NCBI GenBank assembly: GCA_965279375.1 | Contig: OZ257156.1 | Location: 4,704,001 to 4,768,000 of the forward strand | DNA from: Gemmatimonas sp. | Lineage (GTDB): Bacteria > Gemmatimonadota > Gemmatimonadetes > Gemmatimonadales > Gemmatimonadaceae | Direction of reading: 5' to 3' | DNA length: 64,000 nt | Shown: positions 42,200 to 50,581 of the stretch, in pieces | Numbering within the stretch: position 1 is the first letter of the stretch | How the letters are laid out: each line of letters begins with the position of its first letter | Program-made: the position numbers and the translations under genes | The notes under the pieces: generated by a model | The model's database searches: none | Told to the model about the DNA's origin: nothing | Seen by the model: the letters and a program-made list of their open reading frames with translations, nothing else

Positions 42200-42489
42200 C
42201 GGTGATCCTTATCCGTGCGGACCTTCGATGACGGCGTAGTCGCGGTCGACGCGGTCAGTCGCTTGACGCTGAGAAAAAAAGTCCCGCCTCCCCCAAGAAA
42301 CACGCCGAGCAACAGACAGAGCGGTGCGGTACCGAAGCGCCGATCCATCCAGTTCCCTGCGTAGACGAACACGAGCAACGCGACGAGGAACTGCGTGCCC
42401 AAGCCGGCCAGCGCCCACGGCGACACATCGGAAGCGGTGTGCTCGGGAATCGGCTCGGACGGGACATCTGGATGCGGATCTTCGTCCAT
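42196..42489 (-). CDS. AtpZ/AtpI-family protein
   Basis: G.WMDRRFGTAP...LLG.FLG motif, first gene of the atp operon. Confidence 0.85.
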   Translation of the reverse strand: MDEDPHPDVPSEPIPEHTASDVSPWALAGLGTQFLVALLVFVYAGNWMDRRFGTAPLCLLLGVFLGGGGTFFLSVKRLTASTATTPSSKVRTDKDHR

Positions 42490-42499
42490 GCGTGGCGGG

Positions 42500-42528
42500 A
42501 AGCTAGGCGCTTGTGAAACTTTTCGCAA
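42500..42528 (-). promoter_or_regulatory. sigma70-type atp promoter overlapped by a Rex-like operator (42511-42528)
   Basis: Minus strand reads TTGCGA-N17-TAGCTT. Palindrome TTGTGAA-ACTT-TTCGCAA is one mismatch from TTGTGAA-N4-TTCACAA. Confidence 0.7.
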
Positions 42529-42610
42529 GCGAAGCGATCTCGTGTTTCCGAACAAAACCCGGCACCGGGTCGGTGACTGGAAAGCGCTCTCGTACAAACA
42601 CTTAGACCAG

Positions 42611-42649
42611 TTATCCACACTTGACAGCATCCACCGCGCCACGTACACT
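42611..42649 (+). promoter_or_regulatory. DnaA box plus near-consensus sigma70 promoter
   Basis: TTATCCACA (42611-42619), then TTGACA (42621-42626), N17, TACACT (42644-42649). Confidence 0.72.
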
Positions 42650-42742
42650 GGCCTTGTGCAGGTTTGTGACGATCCGGGCCGGATCGGAATCTGCGCCGTC
42701 TGCGGCACGTCGTCGCCGCTACCCTGGTTGATTACGCCCCTG

Positions 42743-43195
42743 ATGCTTCCACGCATCGTCATCCCGACGCTGGCTACGGCCGTGCTCGTGTTCGCGTGTG
42801 GTCCACGCGCACCGCAGAGCACCGTCTCCGCAACGCGACCGAGCGCTGCGGCAGGGAAAGGCGTCACCTCGCACGTCATGGTCGATACCGCGCGCGGCAA
42901 TGTGCGCTTCGCTATCGAGGTCTCCAACGATTCGCGCAAGCGCGTGGAGCTCAATTTCCCCGACGGTCGTACGCACGACTTCGTGGTGCTCGATGATCGC
43001 GGTCGCGAGGTGTGGCGCTGGAGTCAGGGGCGCATGTTCACGCAGGCGATGCAGAATCGGCTCCTCGACGCGCACGATGCCGTCGTCTACGCCGAACGCT
43101 GGACGCCGCCCGCCCCCGGTCAGTACACGCTCGTCGCGCAACTGCACAGCGAGAACTACCCGGTGCAACAGCGCGTGGAGTTCGCGCTGCACTAG
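42743..43195 (+). CDS. BsuPI-like (proteinase-inhibitor-related Ig-fold) lipoprotein
   Basis: Lipobox VFAC and F..G..HDFVV.D..G.EVWRWS.GRMFTQA. Confidence 0.8.
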   Translation: MLPRIVIPTLATAVLVFACGPRAPQSTVSATRPSAAAGKGVTSHVMVDTARGNVRFAIEVSNDSRKRVELNFPDGRTHDFVVLDDRGREVWRWSQGRMFTQAMQNRLLDAHDAVVYAERWTPPAPGQYTLVAQLHSENYPVQQRVEFALH

Positions 43196-43233
43196 GAGAG
43201 ACGTCGGGCCCTCGCTGCATGCTCGACATTCCA

Positions 43234-43255
43234 ACGGACGCCCTCGGGCGTCCGT
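43234..43255 (+). terminator. GC-rich hairpin downstream of the BsuPI-like gene
   Basis: ACGGACGCC-CTCG-GGCGTCCGT with only a weak U-tract. Confidence 0.45.
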
Positions 43256-43360
43256 ATGCGTTTCCGGCACCGAGGGCTGACACAGCATCAGGGAGTGGTC
43301 CCCGGATCGGTGTCCACGCCGTATGTTCTCCGAGTGGTTCTCAGGTGCTCTGGTGTCCCG

Positions 43361-44392
43361 ATGTCTCCTGCTCCGTCACGCACGTCTCTGACCATCTCGT
43401 CTGCCGTGAACGCTCCTGACGACTCGAACGACCTCGCTCTCCTCGACCGACTCGCGTCCGCCCGACGCGAGCTCGCGCACCAGATCTCGCAACGCATCGT
43501 CGGGCAGACGAAGGTCGTGGACGATCTCGTCACGGCGCTCCTCTCCGGTGGCCACGTCGTGCTCGTCGGCGTGCCGGGGCTCGCCAAGACGCTGCTCGTG
43601 CAGACCGTCTCGCGCGCGCTCGATCTCTCCTTCTCGCGCGTGCAGTTCACGCCGGACCTGATGCCCAGCGACATCACGGGCACCGAGCTGATGGAAGAAG
43701 AGCCGGGCACCGGCAAGCGTGCCTTTCGCTTTGCGCCCGGTCCGGTGTTCGGCAACATGGTCCTCGCCGACGAAATCAATCGCGCCCCGCCAAAGACGCA
43801 GGCCGCACTGCTGCAGGCGATGCAGGAGCGCACGGTGACCGTCGCCGGTCGTACGTACGATCTGCCACGACCGTTCTTCGTGCTCGCTACGCAGAATCCG
43901 ATCGAACAGGAAGGCACGTATCCGCTTCCTGAAGCGCAGCTCGACCGCTTCATGTTCGAGCTCAAGGTGGGCTATCCCACCAAGGCCGAAGAAGAGCAGA
44001 TCGTGATGTCCACGACGGGCGACAAGACGGGTGAGGTGAAGCCCGTGCTGGGTGGCGAAGAGCTGTTGGCCATGCAGCGGCTCGTGCGTCGGCTGCCGGC
44101 ACCGCCGAGTCTCGTGCAGTATGCCGTGAAGCTCGCGCGCAGCACGCGCCCCGATGACGCGGATGCGACGCCGATGGTGAAGAAGTATGTCAGCTGGGGC
44201 GCCGGTCCGCGCGCGTCGCAGTATCTGGTGCTGGGAGCGAAGGCGCGTGCGGCGATGGATGGTCGCGCGATGCCCGATCTCGATGACGTGCGCGCGGTTG
44301 CGCCGGCCGTCCTGCGGCACCGCATGGTGGCAAATTTCCAGGCAGAAGCCGACGGCATTCCCATTGAGTCGTTGATCGAACTGCCGCGGTAA
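43361..44392 (+). CDS. MoxR-family AAA+ ATPase
   Basis: GVPGLAKT, RVQFTPDLMPSDITG, DEINRAPPKTQAALL, ATQNPIEQEGTYPLPEAQLDRF. Start uncertain. Confidence 0.95.
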   Translation: MSPAPSRTSLTISSAVNAPDDSNDLALLDRLASARRELAHQISQRIVGQTKVVDDLVTALLSGGHVVLVGVPGLAKTLLVQTVSRALDLSFSRVQFTPDLMPSDITGTELMEEEPGTGKRAFRFAPGPVFGNMVLADEINRAPPKTQAALLQAMQERTVTVAGRTYDLPRPFFVLATQNPIEQEGTYPLPEAQLDRFMFELKVGYPTKAEEEQIVMSTTGDKTGEVKPVLGGEELLAMQRLVRRLPAPPSLVQYAVKLARSTRPDDADATPMVKKYVSWGAGPRASQYLVLGAKARAAMDGRAMPDLDDVRAVAPAVLRHRMVANFQAEADGIPIESLIELPR

Positions 44393-44510
44393 TTTCGTGG
44401 CAGTGTAGCAGGCGAGGCGAGCGCATCGGCGCGGCGGTGGTTTTCGCTGACGCGCCGATGACGCCCCCTCAAAGATTGTGGCGTGACTTCACCGCCCCGA
44501 GGGATTCTGT

Positions 44511-47500
44511 ATGGCTCGTCCTCGTGCTCGTCTTGCCGTTCCGGTTCCCTGGCTCGTCGACGGCGGCATTCCGCCCACGCGCGATGCCCAGTCGCGCCCT
44601 TTGCTGCGTTTGCAGACGCTCGGGGCTTCCGTGGTGCAGTGCGGCGAGCTGCGCATCGGGCCGTCGGCCGGAGTGCTCTTCGCCATTCTCGTGCGACTCA
44701 CGTATGCGCCGGGCATGCAGGTCGCGCGTGATGAGCTGGTGCATCTCGTCTGGGGCGGGCCCGACTCCGCGCGTCGCCGTGCCAGCTTGCGACAGGCGCT
44801 CTACAAACTGCGGAGCGTTGGCGTGCGCGTCGTGCTCGAGGGCGGGATGGTGCGCCTCGATGCCGCGCAGGTGGCGCGCACGTTTGCCAGTGACCGGAGC
44901 GCGACGCACTTCGAGCGTGATGTCACGCGAGGACACGAGCCGTTCGGTCCGTTCCTGCCGGGCTACGCTGCGCCAACTGCCGCGTTCGACGAGTGGATGG
45001 AGACTGAGCGTGAGAGTATTCACGCGGAGATCCGTCGCGTCCTCGTGGAGCAGTTGCGTGCGCGACGCGAGCGTGCCGATTGGACCGGGGCGGAGGCGTT
45101 GGCGCGATGGCTGTTGCAATTCGATCCACTGCACGAGGATGCGACGCTGACGCTGGCCGAGTGCACCATGCTCGCGGGGGCCAAGCTCGAGGCCATTGCG
45201 ATCCTCGATCGCTATCTCGCGGAGATCGGGCCCGGTGCGGGCGATGTGCGTCTTCCCGCCGCGCAGCTGCGGCGTCGCTTCGTGGAGGCGACACGCGGCA
45301 CGCTCTCCTTTGCGCCGACTGAACGGCACTTCGTGGGGCGCGAGCAGGAGCTGGCCGATCTGACGCTGGCGATGCGTCGCGCGCGATGGCGGGATGGGAG
45401 CGCCGTGCTGTTTCACGGTGCGTCGGGCATCGGCAAGTCCCGGTTCGCGCACGAGGTGACGAAGGTCGCGACGATCGAGGGCGTGCGCGCACTGCACGCG
45501 TGCTGTCGGGAGAGCGATGGCATGCGCACGCTGGCCCTGTTCCATGACATGCTGCCCGAGTTGCTGTCCATTCCGGGCGCATTGGGATGCACGCCGGAAA
45601 GCATGGCCACGCTACAGCGTTTAGTGGGACCGCCACCACGACGCAGCGTGGGTCAGTCGATCGCGCCGGCGAGCGGAGAGACCGCGCGAGGCGAGCCCGC
45701 GGAACCGGCGATTGGGGACGCCGTCGCTGTGGATGCGGACGAAGGGCGCAACGCCAGCGTCGGTGCTGCATCCGAAGCCGAGCTCCCGCCGGTCGCGGGT
45801 GAGCACGACGGGGGCGAGTCAGTCACACCGCGGGAGCCGCTGCCGATGGCCGGATCGATTCGACGGGCGTTCGTTGACCTGATGGCCGCGATCTCTGACG
45901 AACGGCCCGTGCTGCTGGTGATCGACGACGCGCATTGGATGGACCTGGCGTCCTGGGATGTGTTGGCGGACATCATCGATCGCATTTCGGCGCTGCGACT
46001 GGTGGTTCTGGTGATGTCGCGTGAGCCGCACGCGCGCCCCACGCGTCCGGAGCGTGTGCCGACGACGCTCCGGGTACGCCCGATGCCACCCTTGTCGGCC
46101 GAAAGCGGTGCGCAGCTGACGCGCTTGATCGGGAACGACCTCTCCGCGCCGGTAAGTGATTCGCTCTGCGCGTGGTTCGTGGAGGCGAGCGAGGGGAGTC
46201 CGCTCTTTCTTCGCTCGTTGGTGCAGCACTGGATCGAGACCGGCGAAGCGGGCGGCGTTCCGCCAACGCTGGTTGAGGTCATCGAGCAGCGGCTGACGAA
46301 GTTGTCGCCGGAAGCGCTACGGGTTCTGCAGACGGCGGCGTTGCTGGGGGAGGAGGCGAGTGTGGAGAGCACTCAGCATGCGCTCGATTTCTCAACTGCG
46401 AACATTCTGGACTCGTTAGATGAGCTTGCCCGCGCAGGGATGCTCAGAGCCTCTGAGCTCGACCGACTCGTCGCGCAAGAGCTGACCGGTAAGGCCGCAC
46501 TTCGCCGACTCACCGAGGCTTCTCGACGGCTACTCAGCCTGCGAGTCGCTGAATCGATTCAGACACGAGCGAATCTGTGTGCGCTTGGCGACGGCGGAAG
46601 ACTCGCTGCTGCAGTCGTACGAAACTTCTTGGGAGCGGGGTTACACGAGCGCGCGACTACGACCGCAGTCGATCTGGCGGAGACGTTTTTACGAAGCGGG
46701 CTTCCTGCTGAGGCACTACTCGTTTGCGAGTGCGGCGAAGGATTTGTACGCTCCGGTGTCTCGGGGGCGCGACTACGACGACTCGAGATGGAGGCGCTCT
46801 ATCAATGCGGCTGCCATTCTCGGCTGTTGACCGTCGCGAGCGCCAGCCAGACTGCATTCAGTGTGACGTCCAAGTGGGACTCGCACTATCCTTTGGATGT
46901 CCTGCGATATATCGAATCGAGTTCCACGAGCGGTCGAATCACTGACTACGGCGATCTGTGCGCGCGCGCCGTACTGATCGCAGAGAGCGAGATCATCCCT
47001 CCAGACATCAGACTGCGGGCGTCCATCACCGCAATTCGCGTTGCGAGCCACGGTATCGACTCCGCACTACCTGAGAGAGCGTATAGGGCGGCGACAAACG
47101 TGGCAGAGCGCACCGCAAACCAATTCGATGCTCAGGTCACGGCGGCACTTTACTACCACACGGCGTTTGGCAGGCCGGAGGCCGCGATCGATGCTGCAGA
47201 GTGCATAGTCGAACGCATTGCGCCGACCTTGCCAGGTCCCGAGAAGATCGCCTTGCTCGCAGATGTTGCCTACGCGTTTCGCGTCTTAGGCAGGACCGAT
47301 GACGCACTCCGCTTGTTCGAACACGTTCTTGCGGACGCGAAGTCCGACAGAATCTGGCGCACAGCTGGAGTGGCAGCTTGGTACTTGTCACTTATGGCTC
47401 TCGACAGCGATGCAGAAATCGCGCTTGCGAAGCAGTGGATCGAGCAGTGTGAGGAGCTAGCGGTATCAACTCAGGATGAGCTACTGCTCCATATCGCCGC

Positions 47501-47885
47501 TCAGCAGAGCGCGAGGATCGCGACGCTGGAAGGCGACATCAACAGGGCGCTCTCTCGCAACTCGGCATCGAAATGGCTGTTCGTTCAAGCCTCGCACCCG
47601 AAGCGTGTCGCGTCAGAACTCGCCTTGGACCTGTTCATCGCGATCACCACGCGAAATCAGCGCTCTATCGTGGAATTGCTCCCATCGGCCGCGAACAGCC
47701 TCGCGAACTTGAGTGGCGCGCTTGGTCAGGATTTCTTGGCAACACAGGTAATACGAGGGAGTCTCGCGGCCGGGAAGCCGGAGGAGGCGCGTCGCGTCTG
47801 CGGTAGCTATTTGGCTCGGCGAAGAGAACAAAGTCGACATCCCGGCTACTTGATGTCGGCGGTCTCCGCGGCCGCTGCGAGTTAG
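44511..47885 (+). CDS. SARP/BTAD + P-loop ATPase (STAND-like) + helical-repeat regulator
   Basis: N-terminal wHTH-like region (RDELVHLVWG...SLRQALYKLR), BTAD (DPLHE), FVGREQEL, Walker A GASGIGKS, Walker B LVIDDAHW.D, GSPLF, TPR-like C-terminus. Confidence 0.82.
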   Translation: MARPRARLAVPVPWLVDGGIPPTRDAQSRPLLRLQTLGASVVQCGELRIGPSAGVLFAILVRLTYAPGMQVARDELVHLVWGGPDSARRRASLRQALYKLRSVGVRVVLEGGMVRLDAAQVARTFASDRSATHFERDVTRGHEPFGPFLPGYAAPTAAFDEWMETERESIHAEIRRVLVEQLRARRERADWTGAEALARWLLQFDPLHEDATLTLAECTMLAGAKLEAIAILDRYLAEIGPGAGDVRLPAAQLRRRFVEATRGTLSFAPTERHFVGREQELADLTLAMRRARWRDGSAVLFHGASGIGKSRFAHEVTKVATIEGVRALHACCRESDGMRTLALFHDMLPELLSIPGALGCTPESMATLQRLVGPPPRRSVGQSIAPASGETARGEPAEPAIGDAVAVDADEGRNASVGAASEAELPPVAGEHDGGESVTPREPLPMAGSIRRAFVDLMAAISDERPVLLVIDDAHWMDLASWDVLADIIDRISALRLVVLVMSREPHARPTRPERVPTTLRVRPMPPLSAESGAQLTRLIGNDLSAPVSDSLCAWFVEASEGSPLFLRSLVQHWIETGEAGGVPPTLVEVIEQRLTKLSPEALRVLQTAALLGEEASVESTQHALDFSTANILDSLDELARAGMLRASELDRLVAQELTGKAALRRLTEASRRLLSLRVAESIQTRANLCALGDGGRLAAAVVRNFLGAGLHERATTTAVDLAETFLRSGLPAEALLVCECGEGFVRSGVSGARLRRLEMEALYQCGCHSRLLTVASASQTAFSVTSKWDSHYPLDVLRYIESSSTSGRITDYGDLCARAVLIAESEIIPPDIRLRASITAIRVASHGIDSALPERAYRAATNVAERTANQFDAQVTAALYYHTAFGRPEAAIDAAECIVERIAPTLPGPEKIALLADVAYAFRVLGRTDDALRLFEHVLADAKSDRIWRTAGVAAWYLSLMALDSDAEIALAKQWIEQCEELAVSTQDELLLHIAAQQSARIATLEGDINRALSRNSASKWLFVQASHPKRVASELALDLFIAITTRNQRSIVELLPSAANSLANLSGALGQDFLATQVIRGSLAAGKPEEARRVCGSYLARRREQSRHPGYLMSAVSAAAAS

Positions 47886-49207
47886 GCCACTGCCTGCGTT
47901 TTCTGGCCCTTTGCTCTTTCGATGATCTGAGTGAAGGACAGAATGCTGCTCTGCGAGTCGGCTGGGGAGAACAGTTGCGGATACAGCGGACTGCTTAGAA
48001 GCGCGTCGCAAATCATAGGATCGAACTGCCTACCCCGAAACTTGACCAATTCAGCGCGAACCTCTGTCTCCGTCATTGCCTTTCGATACGCTCGATCGCT
48101 GGTCATCGCGTCGATCGTGTCTGCAAACATGATGATTCGAGAACCCAGTGGAATTGCATTTCCTGCAATCTTGTCAGGGTAGCCAGTACCGTCCCAATTC
48201 TCATGGTGGTGTCTCACCGCGGGCACGATATCGTGAAACTCCGACAACTTTGCAACGAGCTCAGCGCTCTTGATCGGGTGGAGCTCCATTATCGCGCGCT
48301 CTTCATTGGTTAGACGACCAGGCTTGCTAAGGATTGGGCGAAAAATCTCGTGAATCTTGCCCACGTCATGCAGTAGAGCGGCGATTGCGATTCGCTCGAC
48401 CTCCGGACCGGAGAGACCAATCGCACGCGCAATAATTCTCGAATATCGAGACACGCGCTGCGAATGACCGGAGGTGTACGGGTCGCCATACTCGACGGTG
48501 TGCACGAACAGCTCAAGCAATTCTCTGTTCGTCGTCGCCAGCTGGTGCCGCACTTGGTAGAGCACTCGAAAGCCAACAGAAAGCACGGTCATCGAGAGAA
48601 ATCCCCAAACTCCCCAGTCGACGAATGCTCTCGCAAACAAGTAGACGATCGGAATCGCGACAAGATCGAGCAAGAGCGACTGAGAGTTTCCAGTATACCA
48701 ACAGCGAACGATGCTCTTGCTTTCAGCGATGCCGACCGCGGTTGCGACGGAGAAAGTATTTACGAGAAGAAACGCGAGGACCGCAGCGGAATGCGGCACC
48801 AACTCAAAGCGCACGTCCAGCTGAAGCGACTTGCCGCCGAGCGACAGGTAGAGCAGGCTCGCAACTGCGGCGGCGAGGACGAACTGAGCGATGTTAAACA
48901 GCCGCTTGATCGTCGGCTTGGGCCGGCGTAGTTCGCCGAAGGCCGCCCCAAGCCCGACCATTGCAGCTGTAGCCCACGACGGGTAGAGGACGAGCGCCGT
49001 CAGATAGGGAATGAAGGAAATCTCTCCCAGCGTATTTCCTTGCACTCGGTACCGGAATTGCGAACCAAGTAGTCCGAGCAGCGCGTAACAGAAGGATCCC
49101 AATAGCAGCGCGACGTCAATCGAAGGCTGCTGGAGATACAGACAAGCCAGCGCGGCAGCCGCAGCTGCCACGATCGCATACACGTAGGCGATCACGCTTG
49201 TCTTCAT
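47882..49207 (-). CDS. Membrane-anchored HD-GYP phosphodiesterase with multi-TM sensor domain
   Basis: About 7-8 TM segments, then DPYTSGHSQRV, LLHDVGK, HHHENWDGTGYP, ADTIDAMTSDRAYR, QFDP. Confidence 0.92.
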   Translation of the reverse strand: MKTSVIAYVYAIVAAAAAALACLYLQQPSIDVALLLGSFCYALLGLLGSQFRYRVQGNTLGEISFIPYLTALVLYPSWATAAMVGLGAAFGELRRPKPTIKRLFNIAQFVLAAAVASLLYLSLGGKSLQLDVRFELVPHSAAVLAFLLVNTFSVATAVGIAESKSIVRCWYTGNSQSLLLDLVAIPIVYLFARAFVDWGVWGFLSMTVLSVGFRVLYQVRHQLATTNRELLELFVHTVEYGDPYTSGHSQRVSRYSRIIARAIGLSGPEVERIAIAALLHDVGKIHEIFRPILSKPGRLTNEERAIMELHPIKSAELVAKLSEFHDIVPAVRHHHENWDGTGYPDKIAGNAIPLGSRIIMFADTIDAMTSDRAYRKAMTETEVRAELVKFRGRQFDPMICDALLSSPLYPQLFSPADSQSSILSFTQIIERAKGQKTQAVA

Positions 49208-49246
49208 GAGTCTTGCAAAGTGGCGCCCCCGCCGTCCTAGCTCAAA

Positions 49247-49318
49247 TCAACCCCAGACTTTAGCATCCGCCAAAGCGAACGACATAATCGCGTTCACGAG
49301 CTGGGCCAGAATTCCCAT
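49247..49318 (-). CDS. 23-aa small peptide MGILAQLVNAIMSFALADAKVWG (absent from the ORF track)
   Basis: ATG at 49318, TGA at 49249-49247, Shine-Dalgarno GGAGGTGA 6 nt upstream, ends 39 bp before the HD-GYP start. Confidence 0.78.
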   Translation of the reverse strand: MGILAQLVNAIMSFALADAKVWG

Positions 49319-49515
49319 GTTGCGTCACCTCCCATCGGGGTAAGTCACGCACGTCCCGCTCGGGGATCGCACGTGCTTTAACGAGGTTGGCTCCGCTCCT
49401 CAAACTTGGCCTGCCCGCTCAGCTCCGCTCTACCGGGAGACGGGGACGTTTTGTGAGTATCGTCTATGGCTGACGATGAAGGGTGAACGGCATGGGCGCG
49501 TGAACCACGCCCGGA

Positions 49516-50421
49516 TTATCGATCAAGTTGCATCCAGCGATTCGTTGCATTGAGCACTGCGAGCACACTGCTCGTCTCAGCGCTCTCCTCAACTTCACAG
49601 CTTCCGGTCAAGAGCACTGTGTCGCGACCGTCGCGCGCCGCAATGCTGACAAAGACGAACTCTCGATCAAACGCGTCCACCACTTGCGATCCTTCCAATG
49701 TCAACGCGCGCGCCCGAACCGACGTCGGCCCCAACGCTTCCACAATCGCCAATACCGTCGCACGTGCCGCGAGATCAATGCGAGAACGCTCGCTCGATTG
49801 ACCCTTCGCCTCTCCGGCAAATGCCCGCGCACCCTGCGACAGCGTCACTCGACACGTCAGCCCGCGCTCACGCGACCGACGCAACTCCACATCCTCGAAC
49901 ACCAACACTCGACGCGCCAGACCGCCCGCCTCACGGCTCCCGTCCGCACCCTCGCGCGCTAAGCTCGGCTCCGGCGCCCGCGATGAGGCCGCCGCCGGCA
50001 TGGAAGCAGACGCCGCGGACAGCGATGGCGCAACCGCTCCGGCGGCAAATGACTGGGACGAACTAGAGGGCGATGCCGACCCGGAAGGGGAGGCCGGCGG
50101 AATGAAGACCGTCGTCGGCGACTTGGCCGCTGACGGCACATCGTTCGCACGATTCGGGTCCAGCGTCGTCGCGATCGAGATCTTGCGGTGATTCACGCGC
50201 AACCCGAGCTGCGCAATCAAGGCACTCTCGATATTCCGCACCGTCTGCTTCGGAGCCACGGCGTCCGTCGTCAAGACGTGCACCTCGTCGATAGCCCCCG
50301 CGTCACTCGGCACAATCCGAACAGACAATACGCCCGGGAGCGTGGCGATCAGCTCCTCGGCGCGACGGATGGGAAGGACACTACCCGCGATCGCGCCTGA
50401 CGGCGCAAACGGCGGGTTCAT
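49516..50421 (-). CDS. Uncharacterised two-domain protein with Ser/Pro/Ala linker
   Basis: N-domain IATLPGVLSVRIV...IDEVHVL....PKQTVRNIESAL..LGL.V.HRKISIA. C-terminal alpha/beta domain ending LTGS........AVLNATNR, possibly LeuA-regulatory-like (from memory). Confidence 0.8.
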   Translation of the reverse strand: MNPPFAPSGAIAGSVLPIRRAEELIATLPGVLSVRIVPSDAGAIDEVHVLTTDAVAPKQTVRNIESALIAQLGLRVNHRKISIATTLDPNRANDVPSAAKSPTTVFIPPASPSGSASPSSSSQSFAAGAVAPSLSAASASMPAAASSRAPEPSLAREGADGSREAGGLARRVLVFEDVELRRSRERGLTCRVTLSQGARAFAGEAKGQSSERSRIDLAARATVLAIVEALGPTSVRARALTLEGSQVVDAFDREFVFVSIAARDGRDTVLLTGSCEVEESAETSSVLAVLNATNRWMQLDR

Positions 50422-50529
50422 GCCGAAATTCACTGGAATCGACAGGAAGGACTCCGCAGGTGGATCGGACCAGCGTTGGTCGATCTGTTCTCGACTGTCA
50501 CAATATGTGGTCGAGTTCGCTGGTCGGCA

Positions 50530-50545
50530 AGCCAGAATAGTGCCC
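50530..50545 (-). promoter_or_regulatory. sigma54 (-24/-12) promoter
   Basis: Minus strand GGGCACTATTCTGGCT, with GG and GC at the exact spacing of TGGCAC-N5-TTGC. About 110 bp upstream of the 50421 start, next to a sigma54 activator gene. Confidence 0.65.
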
Positions 50546-50581
50546 AAACCATTGTATGACATGCAGCTACCAGATTGCACC

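Noticed and set aside
42611..42619. Replication origin at the DnaA box
   Set aside because: Only one clear box, no AT-rich unwinding element, and no dnaA or dnaN nearby.
49333..49515. Known c-di-GMP riboswitch upstream of the HD-GYP gene
   Set aside because: Could not find the class I core motifs (GCAAA.C, GNRA loop/receptor) by eye. Retained only as an unexplained structured leader.
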